Positions 45,464 to 58,705 of a stretch of 64,000 nucleotides of DNA are shown here, one piece after another (position 1 is the first letter of the stretch; each line of letters begins with the position of its first letter). Under the pieces are notes generated by a model. That model did not search any database, was not told the origin of the DNA, and saw only the letters and a program-made list of their open reading frames with translations. Both the position numbers and the translations under genes were made by a program. This DNA comes from Eledone cirrhosa (Eukaryota): assembly GCA_964016885.1 (NCBI GenBank), contig OZ024757.1, forward strand, positions 12,400,001 to 12,464,000, written 5' to 3'.

Positions 45464-46085
45464 GGCAGCGTCATGGTATTAGCTGTCAGAAGTGAGAGTA
45501 GAAGAAGGTGACGTCATTCGTCAACCTTCTCAATCCTTTATTTCCGTATCACTATTCCCTTTATTTATGTTTAGGATTTTCTAAGAGATACGTTTACGAT
45601 GAGATACACTTATTAAAAAAATAATATGGGTACCAAATAACCCCGTAATTTGAGAGAGAAACGATAATATACAATCTTATTTAACATGTGCATTAAAAAC
45701 TACACTAGCTGTTACAATTGTAATTAACGTGTAAGAACTTAAATGAAAATATAGGTGGCCCTTAAAAGGGCCGGTGTTGAACTTAAATTTGTTTTCTAAT
45801 TTGATAACCATGACTTGTTTCAACACCGGCCCTTTTAAGGGCCACCTATATTTTCATTTAAGTTCTTACACGTTAATTACAATTGTAATAGCTAGTGTAG
45901 TTTTTAATGCATATGTTAAATAAGATTGTATTTTATCGTTTCTCTCGAAAATTACGGGGTTATTTGGTCCCCATAAATAAAATCATAAACGTAAATAAAC
46001 GGAATAGTGATACGGAAATAAAGGATCGAGAAGGTTGACGACTGACGTCACCTTCTTTCTGACAGTTAATACCACGACAGTGCCC
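45464..46085. mobile_element. Foldback / Mutator-like MITE (paralogue of 31017-31629)
   Basis: Same palindrome and same insertion site. Confidence 0.85.
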
Positions 46086-47267
46086 TTTATTTCGATATCT
46101 TACATTAAAATGTTGACTGAGGGTGTGACAACTGTTTCTTGTTTGAGGTTGTTCCAGTGGTTGAAATATAGACGGAGGTATTTTAAATAATAAAGACAGT
46201 CATGATAACAATATATTTTATATCACATGTAACAGTGGAATCTGATGATTGAAAAATATCACATCAACATTTCAGTTTGGAAGTGTTTTTTCTATATATA
46301 AAAGTGGAGGAAGAAATATATTTTTCTAATGTTGTTATATATATTTTCACTTGTATATAATTACTGGGTCGTTGTAGGGTTCACATAATTATATTATTTA
46401 CACACATTAATATAGACATTAAGTAAATCTTTGTCAACTTACCTCCTTCAGATATAATCAATGTCTTGTGTTGTTAGCTTTTACTAAACAACCAAAGAAA
46501 TAATCTCTTTGTTATCAAATTAGAAGTTTCAAAGATGTTATCAGCTTTATTTCACGACATTAACGTTGGTGTATCTTCTTCATCTTTAGTCATAAATTGA
46601 TATCTTGTCAGAATGAAGTAGTGAGGCTGACTTTATGTCTTTAGCTACAGATTTGATAGGAAATATATATATATTAGGTTGATATGTGGTCTAAAATATA
46701 TATATTGTCTATAAATGACTGATAGCAGATGTTCTGGTGAAATAGTAGTTTCACTCCTACAGATTGTAATGGAACTCTTAGTAGACACAATTGTAAAGTA
46801 AGAATAGATATGACAGTGTAAGACTGATGTCGGGGGATTAAAATTGTGTATATATATATATATATTCGATTAATTAATATATATATTGTGTATATATATA
46901 TATTAGATTAATTAAAGTTATATTGAAGACAGCAAGTACTCGGTGTCGTTGGAAATAATTTAACTCCCTTACCGGTGTCATACGTTAAAATTCCCTGATA
47001 TAATTTAATACATTCAGACAGTTCCGATCGTATTTAATCGATGGCAAATCAAAAAGTATCACTCAGTAAAATATCAATTATATATTTACTTAGTCTCTCA
47101 CCCTGCTAGAAATAGCAGTGAAATTATCGATTACAGATTTTTCTTTCTTTAAACTTTTACGTTTAGTTAAACAATCAACAACAGCAAGTCTTTTGTACAG
47201 ACTTCAGAATAAGCTCGAAAACCGCCAGAATATTATTCTCTTTCTTGCTATATATATATATATAAAT

Positions 47268-47323
<56 letters not shown>

Positions 47324-47347
47324 GCATACACATACATACCATATATA

Positions 47348-47430
47348 CAGGGAAATTCCGTTATAACGAAATTCACGGGTATAAAGATAATTCGTTGTAA
47401 CGAAAAGTTCTTTATAACCGAAACAAATCG
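47348..47430. mobile_element. Tigger/pogo-like terminal fragment
   Basis: TA|CAGGGAAATTCCGTTATAACGAA with repeated TCGTT.TAACGAA motifs. Confidence 0.45.
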
Positions 47431-48214
47431 TTTGTTTGTTGTTCAATTGTATTCTAGTTATGGTGTTTCACATGGAACCTTATATATATAACACAGAGAA
47501 GTATAGAGTCCAAGTGAAAATATAAGACAACATATAATCTAATAAGAAGGTTAAAGAAAAGAAGGAAAAACAAGTGAAATGAAAGAGAAAGTTGAAAGGA
47601 AAAGTTAGAAAAGAATCATTGAAATAATTATTCAACAAAGTATTCTGTCTCATTTAGAAAGTGTTTTCTATGTTGGCCAGCTAAAATCTTCCCTCACTCA
47701 ATTGTATCAAGTTCATTAGTTAATCCTAACTTTCCTGTAAAAAATTACTGATTTCAACAACAACATTTTGGTTAAAACCACTAACAATGACAAATATGTT
47801 TGTTTCGAGAGAAGGAGTGAAGACCTCTATGTGGTTACTTGACATGTTGGAAATAGCAGCCAAATTTCTTTCAGGTCACATACATTCTTGAATTAGGAAA
47901 GGAACGTTTGATCGGTTGCTTTAAACCTACATAAGTAGATATAATTCAGACTAAGGGTCAGACCTGTAGTAATTGAATGAATTTCTCCACAATTTAGCTG
48001 TTCATATTATAGATCATCTTGCCTGTGTTGAAATATGAAACCACAGAAGCATCACTATCACAGCCTTGATCGTGGTTCAGTGACACTACATGCTCAACCC
48101 ATCGGCCAACAGCTCCTACCCAACAACCAACACAACACCACACCTAAAGACAAGAACCTTACAGTTAGCAGCCCGACTCCCTCTCTTTTTATTTGTAATA
48201 TTATGACGACAGTA

Positions 48215-48362
48215 TGATCTGAGTTCAAATCCCTCCGAGGTTAACTTTGCCTTTCATCCTTACGGGGTCGATAAAATAAAGAACCAGTAATGCACTGGTG
48301 TTGATTTAATCTACTTTCCCCTCCTCCAAAATTGTTGGTCTTATGCCTATATAAGAAACCAA
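48215..48362 (+). mobile_element. SINE family 1 fragment
   Basis: GAGTTCAAATCCC...GCCTTTCATCCTTACGGGGTCGATAAAATAAAG. Confidence 0.75.
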
Positions 48363-48756
48363 TATTATCACGACGGTTATGTTGACAAATAAACTGTTTA
48401 TTTAGATTTTTTAAAATTTATTTTAACATTAATTTAGATCAATTATAATAATTTTCTTTCATAGACATTAAAATCAAACATAATTTAATCATACATTGTA
48501 GTTTTTAATAAGTTAATAATTCATTGTATGTATATAAATAATAAAATATTTTATGTGCATAACTGTCCATCTATATGTATACATGTATGTATAAAAATAT
48601 ATTTACATACATATATACATTTTCAGACGTATACACATAAGAGTATATATATATATTCATATAAATATATATATATACACGTGTAGAATATTTAATGGAA
48701 TACATAAGAGTATATATTTATAAATATATGTGCGTATATATATATATATATGTATA

Positions 48757-49368
48757 TGTCAGGTCACCAGTTGGTGCTACTGGTAACATGTATCCCAGTA
48801 CAACCTGTCTCATGGTCGGGTCGTTGGCGACTAAACTGGCAACCCCACCAAGTTTTCTTGGTGAGGAGGGTGACTTTGGACATCCTGCAGGACTAAAAAC
48901 AAAACCTGTCAAAGGGCAAAGGAGCTCTTAAGAGTCAATGGCCATCCAAAATCACCGGGAGAGATGACCCCTTAGCCTTTGTCAAGGCAGAATTCTAGGA
49001 GAAGGAAAACTCTGATATAACACCTGCAACCCTGATGGTATCCAATGATGTTGACTTGTTCTTCTTTTTGGTAAATATCATCTTGGTTAAGAGAGTGGGA
49101 CTGGCTTTGTGCAGTGCCTTTGCTCACTATAAAAGCTTCACGGCACAGGCATTGCTTTATATCTGGAGATCTCTCTGCACTTGTCGTCACATGGTACCAT
49201 GGGCCCAGCACTATGTGTCAATAATTGTCGCAAGTGTAGTGTTTGTACCAAAGTTTTCAAGTCGCTGGCTGCACTAAAAAGTCACACTTGTTCAGCGCAT
49301 CGGTAGGGGTTCTCCTACATGGATATAAAGTAGTGGCCGTACTCGAAAACGAGTTGGCAGCCACCATA
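48757..49368 (+). mobile_element. Short bipartite derivative of a second RTE-like LINE family (5' UTR-like part plus 3' end)
   Basis: The 3' part encodes CSVCTKVFKSLAALKSHTCSAHR*, a terminal C2H2 motif of the kind some RTE ORFs carry. The 5' part has AAAACCTGTC / GAAGGAAAACTCTGAT motifs resembling RTE 5' UTRs (from recall). Confidence 0.5.
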
Positions 49369-50757
49369 TGTGTGTATATGTATATTTGTGTACGTCGCCA
49401 TATATGTATGTATGTATATATATGTATATTTGTGTACATCGCCATGTATGTGTGTATGTATGTGTGTATATGTATGTATATTTGTGTACGTCGCCATGTA
49501 TGTGTGTATATGTATATTTGTGTACGTCGCCATATATGTATGTATGTGTGTATATGTATATTTGAGTATGTCGCCATATATGTATGTATGTGTGTATATG
49601 TATATTTGTGTACGTCGCCATATATTATATGTGTGTGTATATGTATATTTGAGTACATCGCCATATATGTATGTATGTATGTGTGTGTGTGTATATTTGT
49701 GTACGTCGCCATATATGTATGTATGTGTGTATATGTATATTTGTGTATGTCGCCATATATGTATGTATGTGTGTGTATGTATATTTGTGTACGTCGCCAT
49801 ATATGTATGTATTTGTGTGTATGTATATTTGTGTACGTCGCCATATATTATATGTGTGTGTATATGTATATTTGAGTACGTCGCCATATATGTATGTATG
49901 TGTGTGTGTGTATATTTGTGTACGTCGCCATATATGTATATGTGTGTGTATATGTATATTTGTGTATGCCGCCATATATGTATGTATGTGTGTGTATGTA
50001 TATTTGTGTCTGCCGCCATATATGTATGTATTTGTGTGTATGTATATTTGTGTACGTTGCCATATATGTATGTATGTATGTATATGTATATTTGTGTATG
50101 TCGCCATATATGTATGTATGTATGTGTGTATATGTATATTTGTGTACGTCGCCATATATGTATGTATGTGTGTATATGTATATTTGTGTACGTTGCCATA
50201 TATGTATGTATGTGTGTATATGTATATTTGTGTATGTCGCCATATATGTATGTATGTGTGTATATGTATATTTGTGTACGTCGCCATATATGTATGTATG
50301 TATGTGTGTATATGTATATTTGTGTACGTCGCTATATATGTATGTATGTGTGTATATGTATATTTGTGTACGTCGCCATATATGTATGTATGTGTGTATA
50401 TGTATATTTGTGTACGTCGCCATATATGTATGTATGTATGTGTGTATATGTATATTTGTGTATGTTGCCATATATGTATGTATGTGTGTATATGTATATT
50501 TGTGTACGTCGCCATATATGTATGTATGTGTGTATATGTATATTTGTGTATGTCGCCATATATGTATGTATGTGTGTATATGTATATGTGTGTATGTCGC
50601 CATATATGTATGTATGTGTGTATATGTATATTTGTGTATGTCGCCATATATGTATGTATGTGTGTATATGTATATTTGTGTATGTCGCCATATATGTATG
50701 TATGTGTGTATATGTATATTTGTGTATGTCGCCATATATGTATGTATGTGTGTATAT
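49367..50757. repeat. About 44-bp minisatellite, about 32 copies
   Basis: Unit GTACGTCGCCATATATGTATGTATGTGTGTATATGTATATTTGT, with length variants in the TATG/TG tracts. Confidence 0.95.
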
Positions 50758-50759
50758 GA

Positions 50760-53700
50760 CCACAAACATGTTTATTTAACACTACTGGGATGAAAGAATG
50801 GTATTTAAGTAATGTATTGGTACGTGATGGGGCCCACCCACAGCCCCGGCGGACAGAATGGAGAAGGTGTTTCCCCAGAGGACGGCAAGGGAGATGCGCT
50901 GGAAAAGCCACTCCAACTCACGGGGCTCACACCTGCGGCTGGCCACCTCAGCGCCTATGGTGGTGAGTATGGAGGTAGCCCTGGAGCCGAGGACACCAGA
51001 GGCCTCCACTGCCAGGGGAACGACCGCAAACCTGTCGGAGAGCGACCGGTATTTGAGGAGTTTGGCCCCCTCAACCCGACGTGCAGCAGAACCTGGGTCA
51101 GTCGCAGACTGCACCAGGTTGCGGCTGCAGAAAGTGTCGGTGCAAGTGGCATCCCAGACGAGGGGTTTACCAGCGCGGAACGGGAAGATGGTCATGCCAT
51201 CTGGCCTTTTGCCGTTCGAGCTGGGAAGGGAAGCCTGCAGCGTCCAAGCCATGCTTAATGACCTCGTTGAGGGCAGTATGGCGTGGAATGCGGCCGGCAC
51301 TGTGGCGACTTGTAAGCGGGTGGAGGCCGAAAGAGTCCATGGTGGAACCGCAGCGACATTGGTGTGAGGCCCAGCCTCAGGGAAACGCCGATGCGCAGGT
51401 TATGGTTGTCTAGCTGCGTGCCAGTGGAGAAGGAGGGCAGGGCATGGAGCCAGGCACCACTGTGGGGTTTGGAGGCCGCACAAAAACAAACAAGGCGGTG
51501 GTAGTCGAGCTGGCGCGTGAGCCTGTCTGAGGCCAGGCTGCACTGGATGGCATCCCAAGTGTGTTGGGGGGACTTGATGTCAACAGGGGAATAAGGAGGA
51601 GGGACGTCTACTGGGCTAAGTCCCAGCCGGTCCCACATCTCACAGGCGGCCTCACGTTCTCTGAACACAGAGGGTTGTGTTTTGTAAAACCCTGCTGACG
51701 AGGACACGGCACGAGGTTACCGACGAAAGATACGCCGGCAAAGCTAGTGAGATCGACGACTGGAGGCGAAGGCCACCACCTGACCGGTAAAGTGGCTTGC
51801 TGCCACCCTATGTCGTCAAACTTGACGTTGCATATCCTCCCGGCTGCTGCTCGGTTACAAGTATCGAGGTCAGCGAGGAGAGATGTCTGGGTGTAGCATG
51901 GAGCGCTGCGGAGTGTATAGAGGAGCTTCGGCATGGCGAAGCAGTTCCTCAGCAGAAAGAGAGCTGGGTGGCCGTCAATCAAGCCCTGTCGGCTCGTGAG
52001 AGTCTGGAGTGGTTGAAGCCTGGACCTAATGGTGGAGCGGATGGCTGGCGGGTGGATCGGTTACCCGAGGATGAGGACATCCTCTTTGGGCGTGACCTGA
52101 ACCTGGCGAAGGATGAACCGCACGTACAAGACGGTGCTGCAAAGCTCACAGCATCGAGGCTGACGTTCACCACTTCCGACTTGGCTGAGTTGACCTGGAG
52201 GCCGATTCCCGCCAGGGCAGGAATCACGTACGGGCCCGCCCGTATCATCCAGATACCAAACGTTGAGAGGGGCCGTGATACTCCGGGCGATGTAGTCAAT
52301 ACCAAGGGCGAACAGGAGGGGTCCCAAAAGGTCGCCCTGCGAGACCCCAGTAGCCGAGGGTATGCTCGGGGCTCCATATCACAGGTAGACAGTGGGGGCT
52401 CGGCTGAGGCAGGCCTCGAGCAGATGATCCCGGCGTAAAGAGTTAAAGGCATTCCTCATGTCAAGCTTGACAATGTGGTGCCTGGAGTCCCTGGGTGCTG
52501 GTACCGATGGGCAGCTGCTGAAGAACTGCCTGATTGAATGAGAGGCTCCCTCACAGCCACCGGACACGCCGAAACCCAGTTGCACCGGACTAAACTCCTC
52601 ACCCAGTTCGTGTGTGACGGACTTGCAGATCACCTTTGCAGCCAGCCTCTTTCTTTATGAGAGCGGTGAGGCTGGCCGAAAAAAAGAGGCCTCGGGCGTA
52701 AGAGTCGAGGGCACCATGAATGAGCCTATTGGTGAGCGCCACAATTGCACTCAGACGGCGGCGCCCGGTCTCAGCAGAGAGGGGGGATGTCACTGCTCGA
52801 GGTGGCCTGGTCGGAGACCATCAACACCTCCGCAGCTGCTAGCTGGGAAGGACCTGATGACGGACATGATATCTGCATCAGTAGCCACAAGGAGCAGGTG
52901 GGGGTCGGGTGGGGGTATGGGTCTGAGATCAGTGGGTGGCTCAGGGTGTTTGAGCCGCAGAGCAGCCAGGATCTCCTCGGTGGGTTGGAGGACAGTGTCC
53001 TCTGAGGCAACAACTCTGACTGCGGCCGAGACATCACCCATGATAATCTTTGTATTTACCTGGTCACGCAAACGCTTGGCGCTGGCCTCAGGGGTGGAGG
53101 AGAGGGGGTAACTGAGGGTGGGGTGTGTGGCGTCCCTGGGCACGCTTGGAATGGGCGCTCGCCCAAATGACGAGACATTGGCCTTGACGAAGGCTGCTGT
53201 TGACCGGCCGCCCTGGTCAGCGCCAGAGCTGGGGAGGCCGAGGGCGAGTGGGGTGAAATAGAACAGCCGCTCCCAGTCACTGGCTCGATTGGAGTCAAGG
53301 GTGCTCTCAATCGAGGAAGCGAGGGCATCGACTACCGGCACCCGTGCTGCTCTCGGGATCCTGAGTGGGATCTTCCGGAGCCGCCTGAGCCGAGCGATGT
53401 TGACCAGCGAGTCTCGGACGTCAAGAAAGCTCGCTGTCCCATCTTGTGGTGTGCCAGACGGCCGTGGCTGGGAAGACGTGGGGAAGAGGCAGCTCCTGCA
53501 CTTCCATGCTGCAGGACATTGGAAGCTCGACGAGTCAAGCAAACGCAGGTGAGGTGGTGGAAGCAGCCGCACCCCAAACAGTTCCGGCCCTTCTTCTGTT
53601 TGTTAGTAGTGCCGCAAGTGCTGCAGGTGTCGATTTGGAGGGGTGGGGGATGGGGCGTGGGGCCGGCGACTGGGGCACCGAGCGGCAGCAGGGGTGGGTG

Positions 53701-53960
53701 GTTGGTATGTGTGGTTGGAAGGGAAAGTGCTGGTAAGAGGGGAGCATAGCTCACCTATATATATGGCGGTGCCAGAAAACGAGAGCGAAAAGGGGCTGCA
53801 TGGAGTGGGAGACACAGGAAGGTAGAATGGCAGTAAATGAATGAGTGAATGGATGGATGTACACAAAAAAGGAGTGGGGGGGGGACAAGGGGTTGTTCCC
53901 AGCGGAAAGACCCAGAATTCAGCACGCACACATGCGAGCAACTGAGCAGTTTGTCAAAGA
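50760..53960 (-). mobile_element. CRE-like non-LTR retrotransposon (PHD-like finger, RT, CCHC knuckle, restriction-like endonuclease), near full-length but frameshifted
   Basis: GC-rich 3.2 kb. Motifs in order: CSTC..CLGCGCFHHLTC..WKCRSC, GGVDGLRPGHL, PVQLGFGVSGGCE, KLDMRNAFNS, GPLLFAL, WYLDD, HSGAWLHALPS, CRCG..H..RHTALNEVI, KRPDG..WDATCTDT..KYRSL..PLAVE, FQRISLAV. Confidence 0.88.
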
Positions 53961-54237
53961 CGATATTTTCAAGGACGCGCTTACAATATTTGAATATAAC
54001 TGAACCGTCGTGTCATTTAATTTGAAAAGTGGAGCAAAGTAAAAGGAAAATAGTGAATTTGGAGTGTCAATCCCTTGTGATTTTTTTTTTTTTTCCAATA
54101 CCGGACTTTCAGTTTTCCAGGATTTATACTCATTTATATTTTTTTTCCTTCAAAAGGATGGAGGCGTTTTATCTCCTCATGAAACTGATATTACTTAATG
54201 ATGTTCGTCATCTATGGCTTGTTCATATGTATTATTT

Positions 54238-54568
54238 CATGAGTTCAAAACCCGCCGAGGTTGACTTTGCCTTTCATCCTTACGAGGTCGATAAAATAAA
54301 GTACCAGTAATGCTTTGGGTAATTGCTGGCCTTGTGCCTAAAGTAGAAACAATTATTTCATAACTCTATAACTAAGGGCGGTGAATTGGCAGTATCGGTA
54401 GAGGGTTGGACGCCATGCTTTGATGCATAGAGTTACGGCCCTTGCCATTCTGAGTTCAAATCCCGCCTAGGTTAACTTTGCCTTTCATGCTTACGGGGTC
54501 GATAAAATAAAGTACCAGTAATGCACTGGGATAATTGCTGGCCTTGTGCCAAAAGTAGAAACAATTAT
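54238..54568 (+). mobile_element. Two tandem SINE family 1 copies (second full-length, 54376-54568)
   Basis: GGGCGGTGAATTGGCAGTATCGGTAG head, B-box, core and tail. TTTCATAACTCTATA is repeated after each copy. Confidence 0.85.
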
Positions 54569-55471
54569 TTCATAACTCTATAGAACTGTTAGAATGTTTG
54601 TGCAGTGTTCTGTGTCCAGCCAGGTTTGTACAACAGGTAAGAAAAATGATGATTCGGTGATGGTTTCTTCTGATAGGAGCCTCTTCCACGTCGGAAGATT
54701 GAAGTGTGTTTCCTTGTCTTCTTCAATACTTTCATAATTTAGATATAATGGAGATTTAAAACTTATGTTTCAATTGGTGCTTCCATTTCCACACGGTTCT
54801 ATTGTCTTATTTACAAAAATATATATTTCTCACACCGGGTCCAGTTTGACGTTGACAAGCGAGGATGATATTATGTTTTCTTTTTTTGGCCGTATTCGTT
54901 AGCGTCTCTTTTTTTTTTGTGCGGATATTTTGGCTGTATATATAATAGCACACTGTATAATTTATTCAACTTACATTTAGATTTACGAGATATATTCATA
55001 GTACATGCTAATTTTTGAAGACCTAATGTGTTATAAATGTTTTTAGCCGCAAGAAATCACAGTTATAGTCTGGAGAGCCAAAATATATGGTATACTTTCT
55101 CCCTCAAATATGTTACTAATGGATTCAGACTCGACAGATAAAGTAATATATCAAGCACCACAAGGCACAAGATCAGAATCATGATACTTGCTTTATTAAA
55201 TATTGAAGGGGTTGTTCAACATTTTACAGGACAGGAAAATATTATTTTAATCAGAAATCAGTGAACATTTAGTTTTTACTAACTTTTCTTGTCTTTATAT
55301 TTGGTCTTGAAAACTAAAGTACGTATTATTTCGTTTTCCACCACAACACAAACATTGTGAACTTTTCTACCTGAAGTGAAATATCTTGATTTATTACAAC
55401 ACCTACACACATATTTCTACACACACACACACGTCTATTTATTTCTCTCTCTCATACCTACACACTGTAAG

Positions 55472-55508
<37 letters not shown>

Positions 55509-55760
55509 AATATATATTAAACTTCGTCTATTGAACTGTCCTCAATAACAAGAACCTTAACTATAGAAGTCTTATTCGTCTGTTTTATGAGCTGATGATT
55601 TTAGTGTGAATAGAGCTTCTCTCACCTTAACACACACACACACACAAGCTTTTTCTTCTTCCAAGATCAGTCTGACGCTTTCATACATCTTATTACTTTA
55701 CCAACTGAATGATAAATTTCTTAATATATGAGTGGAAGTGGTGAGATTCCTTTATGAAAT

Positions 55761-56600
<840 letters not shown>

Positions 56601-56724
56601 ATCTTATACATCTCAACATATATGTTGTGTGTGTGTGTGTGTATATATATATATTTTATTATTTTTATTTTTTAATACATTCCTCAAAGGGAAGAAATAT
56701 ACTGACATATATCAAAGATAATCA

Positions 56725-56966
56725 CAATAACTAGGGAGCGGAGGACAAGATATGCTGGACATTGCTACTGAGGGTAGGATGAGCTGGCTATTGTGGTGGA
56801 TACCTAAATATTGTAAGACCCTAGTGGGATGACTGAGATTGACCTACATAGATCAGATGTCTCAGGATGTCCAGCTGGAGATTAATGATCTCAGGAATGC
56901 CATGGAAGATCGTGAGATCTAAAAAAGAAGAATAGAATTGTTCTGGCCAATCCACCTGACCTAATA
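56725..56966 (+). mobile_element. 3' end of another RTE-like LINE family
   Basis: RYAGHCY..W.P...RP..TYIDQ..DL.NAMEDR remnant ending ACCTGACCTAATAAAT. A paralogue lies at 61350-61620. Confidence 0.65.
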
Positions 56967-57547
56967 AATCTAAACTATAAAAAAGTAAGGAGCGCGGGAC
57001 TGCGTCCAGTTTATAATATTTTATCCCATTAGTAAAATAAGTTGCATTACTTTGAATAAATAATGAATGAATATTGCATAATTTATCTACTAAATTCCGT
57101 GGCTGTTGATTAAATATATTTTGTTTATTTAAAGATTCACTTCTTTAAAATTTCTGAAATGTCAACACTTCCGGTTGGCCATCGCTTAAATAAACATTCA
57201 TATATTTCCGTCACTAATTTTCTCCTAATGCAGTTTATATATAATATCGTCTTTTTTAATGTATCATGGATTACGTTACTGATTACATAAGACAGTGTAA
57301 CACAGTCTTCGTTCAATTTCTATGTATTATATATTGCCAATTAGGAATTTATTTGATGTATCATATCTACATGTATATATATATATACCTGCGTATAATA
57401 TCAATAGGCACACTACACATGCTAGCAGAAAATAATAATAATATTAATATATATTGATGAACATTTATTATGGTAAAATATGTTGGAAATCATTCTCAGA
57501 CGTTTTGTATTGTAATTAACAAATACACCCTGTAGAAAGTGCCCCTT

Positions 57548-57625
57548 GAGATTGTGTCTCTGTAATAGCCCTTAATGACAAATAATATGATTTGTCATTA
57601 AGGGCTATTACAGAGACACAATCTC
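57548..57625. other. Perfect inverted repeat (36-bp arms, 6-nt loop)
   Basis: GAGATTGTGTCTCTGTAATAGCCCTTAATGACAAAT-AATATG-ATTTGTCATTAAGGGCTATTACAGAGACACAATCTC. Confidence 0.95.
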
Positions 57626-57637
57626 ATTTCATTGTTG

Positions 57638-58010
57638 AGGGTGGTGGATTTGCAGAATCAGTAGAGTGTCAGACGATATGCTTTGTGTCATAAAGTTACA
57701 GTCCTTTATGTTATGGGTTTAAGTCATGCCATGGTCAACTTTGACTTTCATCCATTCAAGGTTGATAAAAAACAGTAACAGTAATGCACTGGGCCTGATT
57801 TAATTGGCATTCCTCTTTCTCTTCAAATTGCTGGCCTTGAGTCAAAAGTAGAAACATTTATTTAAAGTCTATAAAACAATAGATAGAATGCTTTCTGCCA
57901 TATTTATCCTGGTTCTCTGCTCTCTCAGTTTAAATCCTGCCGATGTCAACTTTCTTTCGTCCATTCAAGGTTGATAAAAAAACAATACCAGTCTATCACT
58001 GGGGTCTGTT
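57638..58010 (+). mobile_element. Old SINE family 1 copies
   Basis: Diverged head, TTTCATCCATTCAAGGTTGATAAAA core and GGCCTTGAGTCAAAAGTAGAAAC tail. Paralogues lie at 61960-62325. Confidence 0.7.
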
Positions 58011-58447
58011 CTTCTTCTCTATATTTCTATCTCACTTCCTCCTTCTTATTCTGTCTCCTTCTCTGGAAGAAATCAACTGTTCCAACCTGGAGAGTGAAGG
58101 GCTCCACCAAGCTTCAAATGTCCACAGTGACACCCTTACGACTACATCATTTAAAAAAAAACAACATTGATGTGTTTATATGTGTTCATTTAGTAAACCT
58201 TAACTAGTTTATATTTATGACAAAATATCCACATGTGTAAATAAAAACAATTGCATAACTTTAATATTTGTTGGATGGTACTTTCATGACAGTTGAAATT
58301 TGGACTTTTTTTTTTTAAATTTGACATTTGAAAATACTTTACAACTTTCTTCTCTTTTTCTTAATCCATTTATTTCTGAGAGGGTTGTAGGGGTTAGAGT
58401 CCTCACACACCCCTTCTAGGTCCTAGGTGTGTAAAATTTCCTCTTTA

Positions 58448-58705
58448 CACTACACACACACAACACATCACCATGCGCCCACACACACCACATAGCACAC
58501 CACACCACACCACATACCACACCACATACAACACACACCACATACCATACCACAACACACTACACCACACCACATACCACACCACACCACAACAACATAC
58601 CACACCACCACAACACAACACACACCACACCACAACAAACACACCACATACCACACAACACCACAACAAACCCACCACACCTCAACGCGACAACACAACA
58701 CAACT
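58448..58705. repeat. (CACCA/CACAA)n low-complexity tract
   Basis: Read directly. The paralogous site 62770-62850 is much shorter. Confidence 0.85.

Noticed and set aside
49243-50911. Long ORFs (up to 469 aa) rich in Y/V/C/M or H/T/I
   Set aside because: They are translations of a stop-poor 44-bp minisatellite and are open in several frames on both strands.
50782-53941. GC-rich island as bacterial contamination or a host gene, with many overlapping plus-strand ORFs
   Set aside because: The minus-strand motifs define a non-LTR retrotransposon, a second diverged copy exists at 59.3 kb, and the plus ORFs are GC-rich antisense shadows.
54630-55670. Possible donor (CAG|GTAAG at about 54637) and acceptor (about 55664) for a ZNF-D 5' exon
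   Set aside because: These are single motifs without paralogue or transcript support.
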